Below are positions 62,621 through 64,000 of a stretch of 64,000 nt of DNA, piece after piece (the first letter of the stretch is position 1; each line of letters opens with the position of its first letter). The notes beneath the pieces were generated by a model. The model did not search any database, was not told the origin of the DNA, and worked only from the letters and a program-made list of their open reading frames with translations. The DNA is from Raillietiella orientalis (Eukaryota). The DNA lies in assembly GCA_036172245.1 (NCBI GenBank), contig JAYWIR010000011.1, positions 2,232,001-2,296,000 of the forward strand, written 5' to 3'. A program made the position numbers and the translations under genes.

Positions 62621-64000
62621 TTCCAGTGATGTTTTTTGTTTTTTTTTTTCCTTTTATGCGAAATAAAAAAAAACACTCTCACGAGGCTGTCATCGTAATC
62701 ACCTTTTAGAGACGATCTGTTGAGCGCTCGTACCGGATTAGACTTGAAACACAACAGTTGTGGTCCATGGATTGCATCTTATGCGAGTTAGCATACTGTG
62801 TTAACTTTATATGTACAAATATGTGATGCCATGTATTGTAAAAACTTACGAAACTTATGCCCCCATGTGTCCTATACTACCCAAAGTGAGTGTTGCAAGT
62901 GGCGAAGTTTTCGTCGAATTCATGAATTTCCTTAAAATACCATCTACAGAATGGGGTTGCTGACAGGTCTCAACACGAATAGAGTATTTTTGCAAACCAT
63001 TCTTAGAAAATGGGAAAAGTATTTTATTGTAGTATCATATATTTTTGGCATACTATGGCTGCTTTTGTTGTCTTGTAAGCGCTACAACTTGGGTATGCTA
63101 TTTTCATAATTCAACTTTTTCAATTTGTATATGCTGCACGTTACCCTTTTCTCACTGTTGTTGCTGCTAATGTATAAGAACGTTTATCATATTGCCCCGG
63201 TCTATCCGTCATGTGATTTCAAGTAAAAGACGTATTAAGAATAGATAGTGATTAATTTTGTAGAGCATTTTAAATGTACGATTTCATCTAGCGGGTATTC
63301 TTAAATACATCGGAAATAACTCAAATATTATATACCAGAAAAGCATTCAATGATAGCATGGTAAGTTTGCATGCACTGAAAAGCTTAAAGAAACAAGGCT
63401 GTTTCTGTAAAGTAAACATGAAAGTAAGATACCAACAAAATGCAGTTTCACATCTGTGAATAATTCCACAAAATGAGATTTGTATTTGAAATTTTTTCTT
63501 TGTATTTACTGATTTTATCCATATTATGTACTTTCAAAAGCATTATTATGCATTTTATATTAGATTTATATCATTTTGTGTTTACTAATTAAAGAATGTA
63601 CACCAATTTCATTGAACTAATGCATAGTGTTAAAAACTTTATCATAACGGAAAAAATCACCTGTGGATTGCTGTGTGGAATTTTGTTATGTTGTAGCTTT
63701 TTCCATTTATTATTACGTGTATTGGAGTGTTTAGCATAATATTATTATAATCAGGTACCATAACAGTATGATATTGAATATGCACATACATGTAATTAAC
63801 CAACTTCAAAAACGTTGTGGTTTCTAAAGATTGACCCAAATTTTAGTGTAATCAACAATGGTGTTCATGTATATCTCAGCAGAAGATGGTTGGAGAGAAA
63901 TGAAAGTGTAAATCAAAACTGTGTATTTGTTGAAAAAAAATTAGCAATTTTTTGAAGTTAGTCACTTCTTTACTGTAACTATTTTAGCTCAAAATTAATG

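Overview
Eukaryotic (most likely arthropod) nuclear DNA. There are four recognisable host genes: the 3' exon of TIM44 (+); a complete 10-exon UDP-glucose pyrophosphorylase (-, 507 aa) with 8 of 9 introns only 39-47 nt; a CUB-LDLa-TM gene resembling Drosophila loaf/CG6024 (-, first exon not found) with very GC-rich introns; and a complete 5-exon XK-related scramblase (-, 387 aa). Between them lie decayed transposons (L1/Tx1-like LINEs, Gypsy, Copia, BEL/Pao, Tc1/mariner, Tigger/pogo, possibly MULE, P-like and ISL2EU). The most striking signal is a Tigger-like MITE family whose two copies here both abut foreign cargo. One copy (57047-58065) encloses a ~540-bp mitochondrial insert (trnI-trnM-nad2) between its terminal inverted repeats. 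The other (21878-~22305) supplies an in-frame ATG and a phase-0 splice acceptor to an isolated, intact, intronless unc-104/KIF1 kinesin-tail fragment, which is a candidate chimeric new gene. Family assignments rest on motifs recognised by eye; no database search was run.
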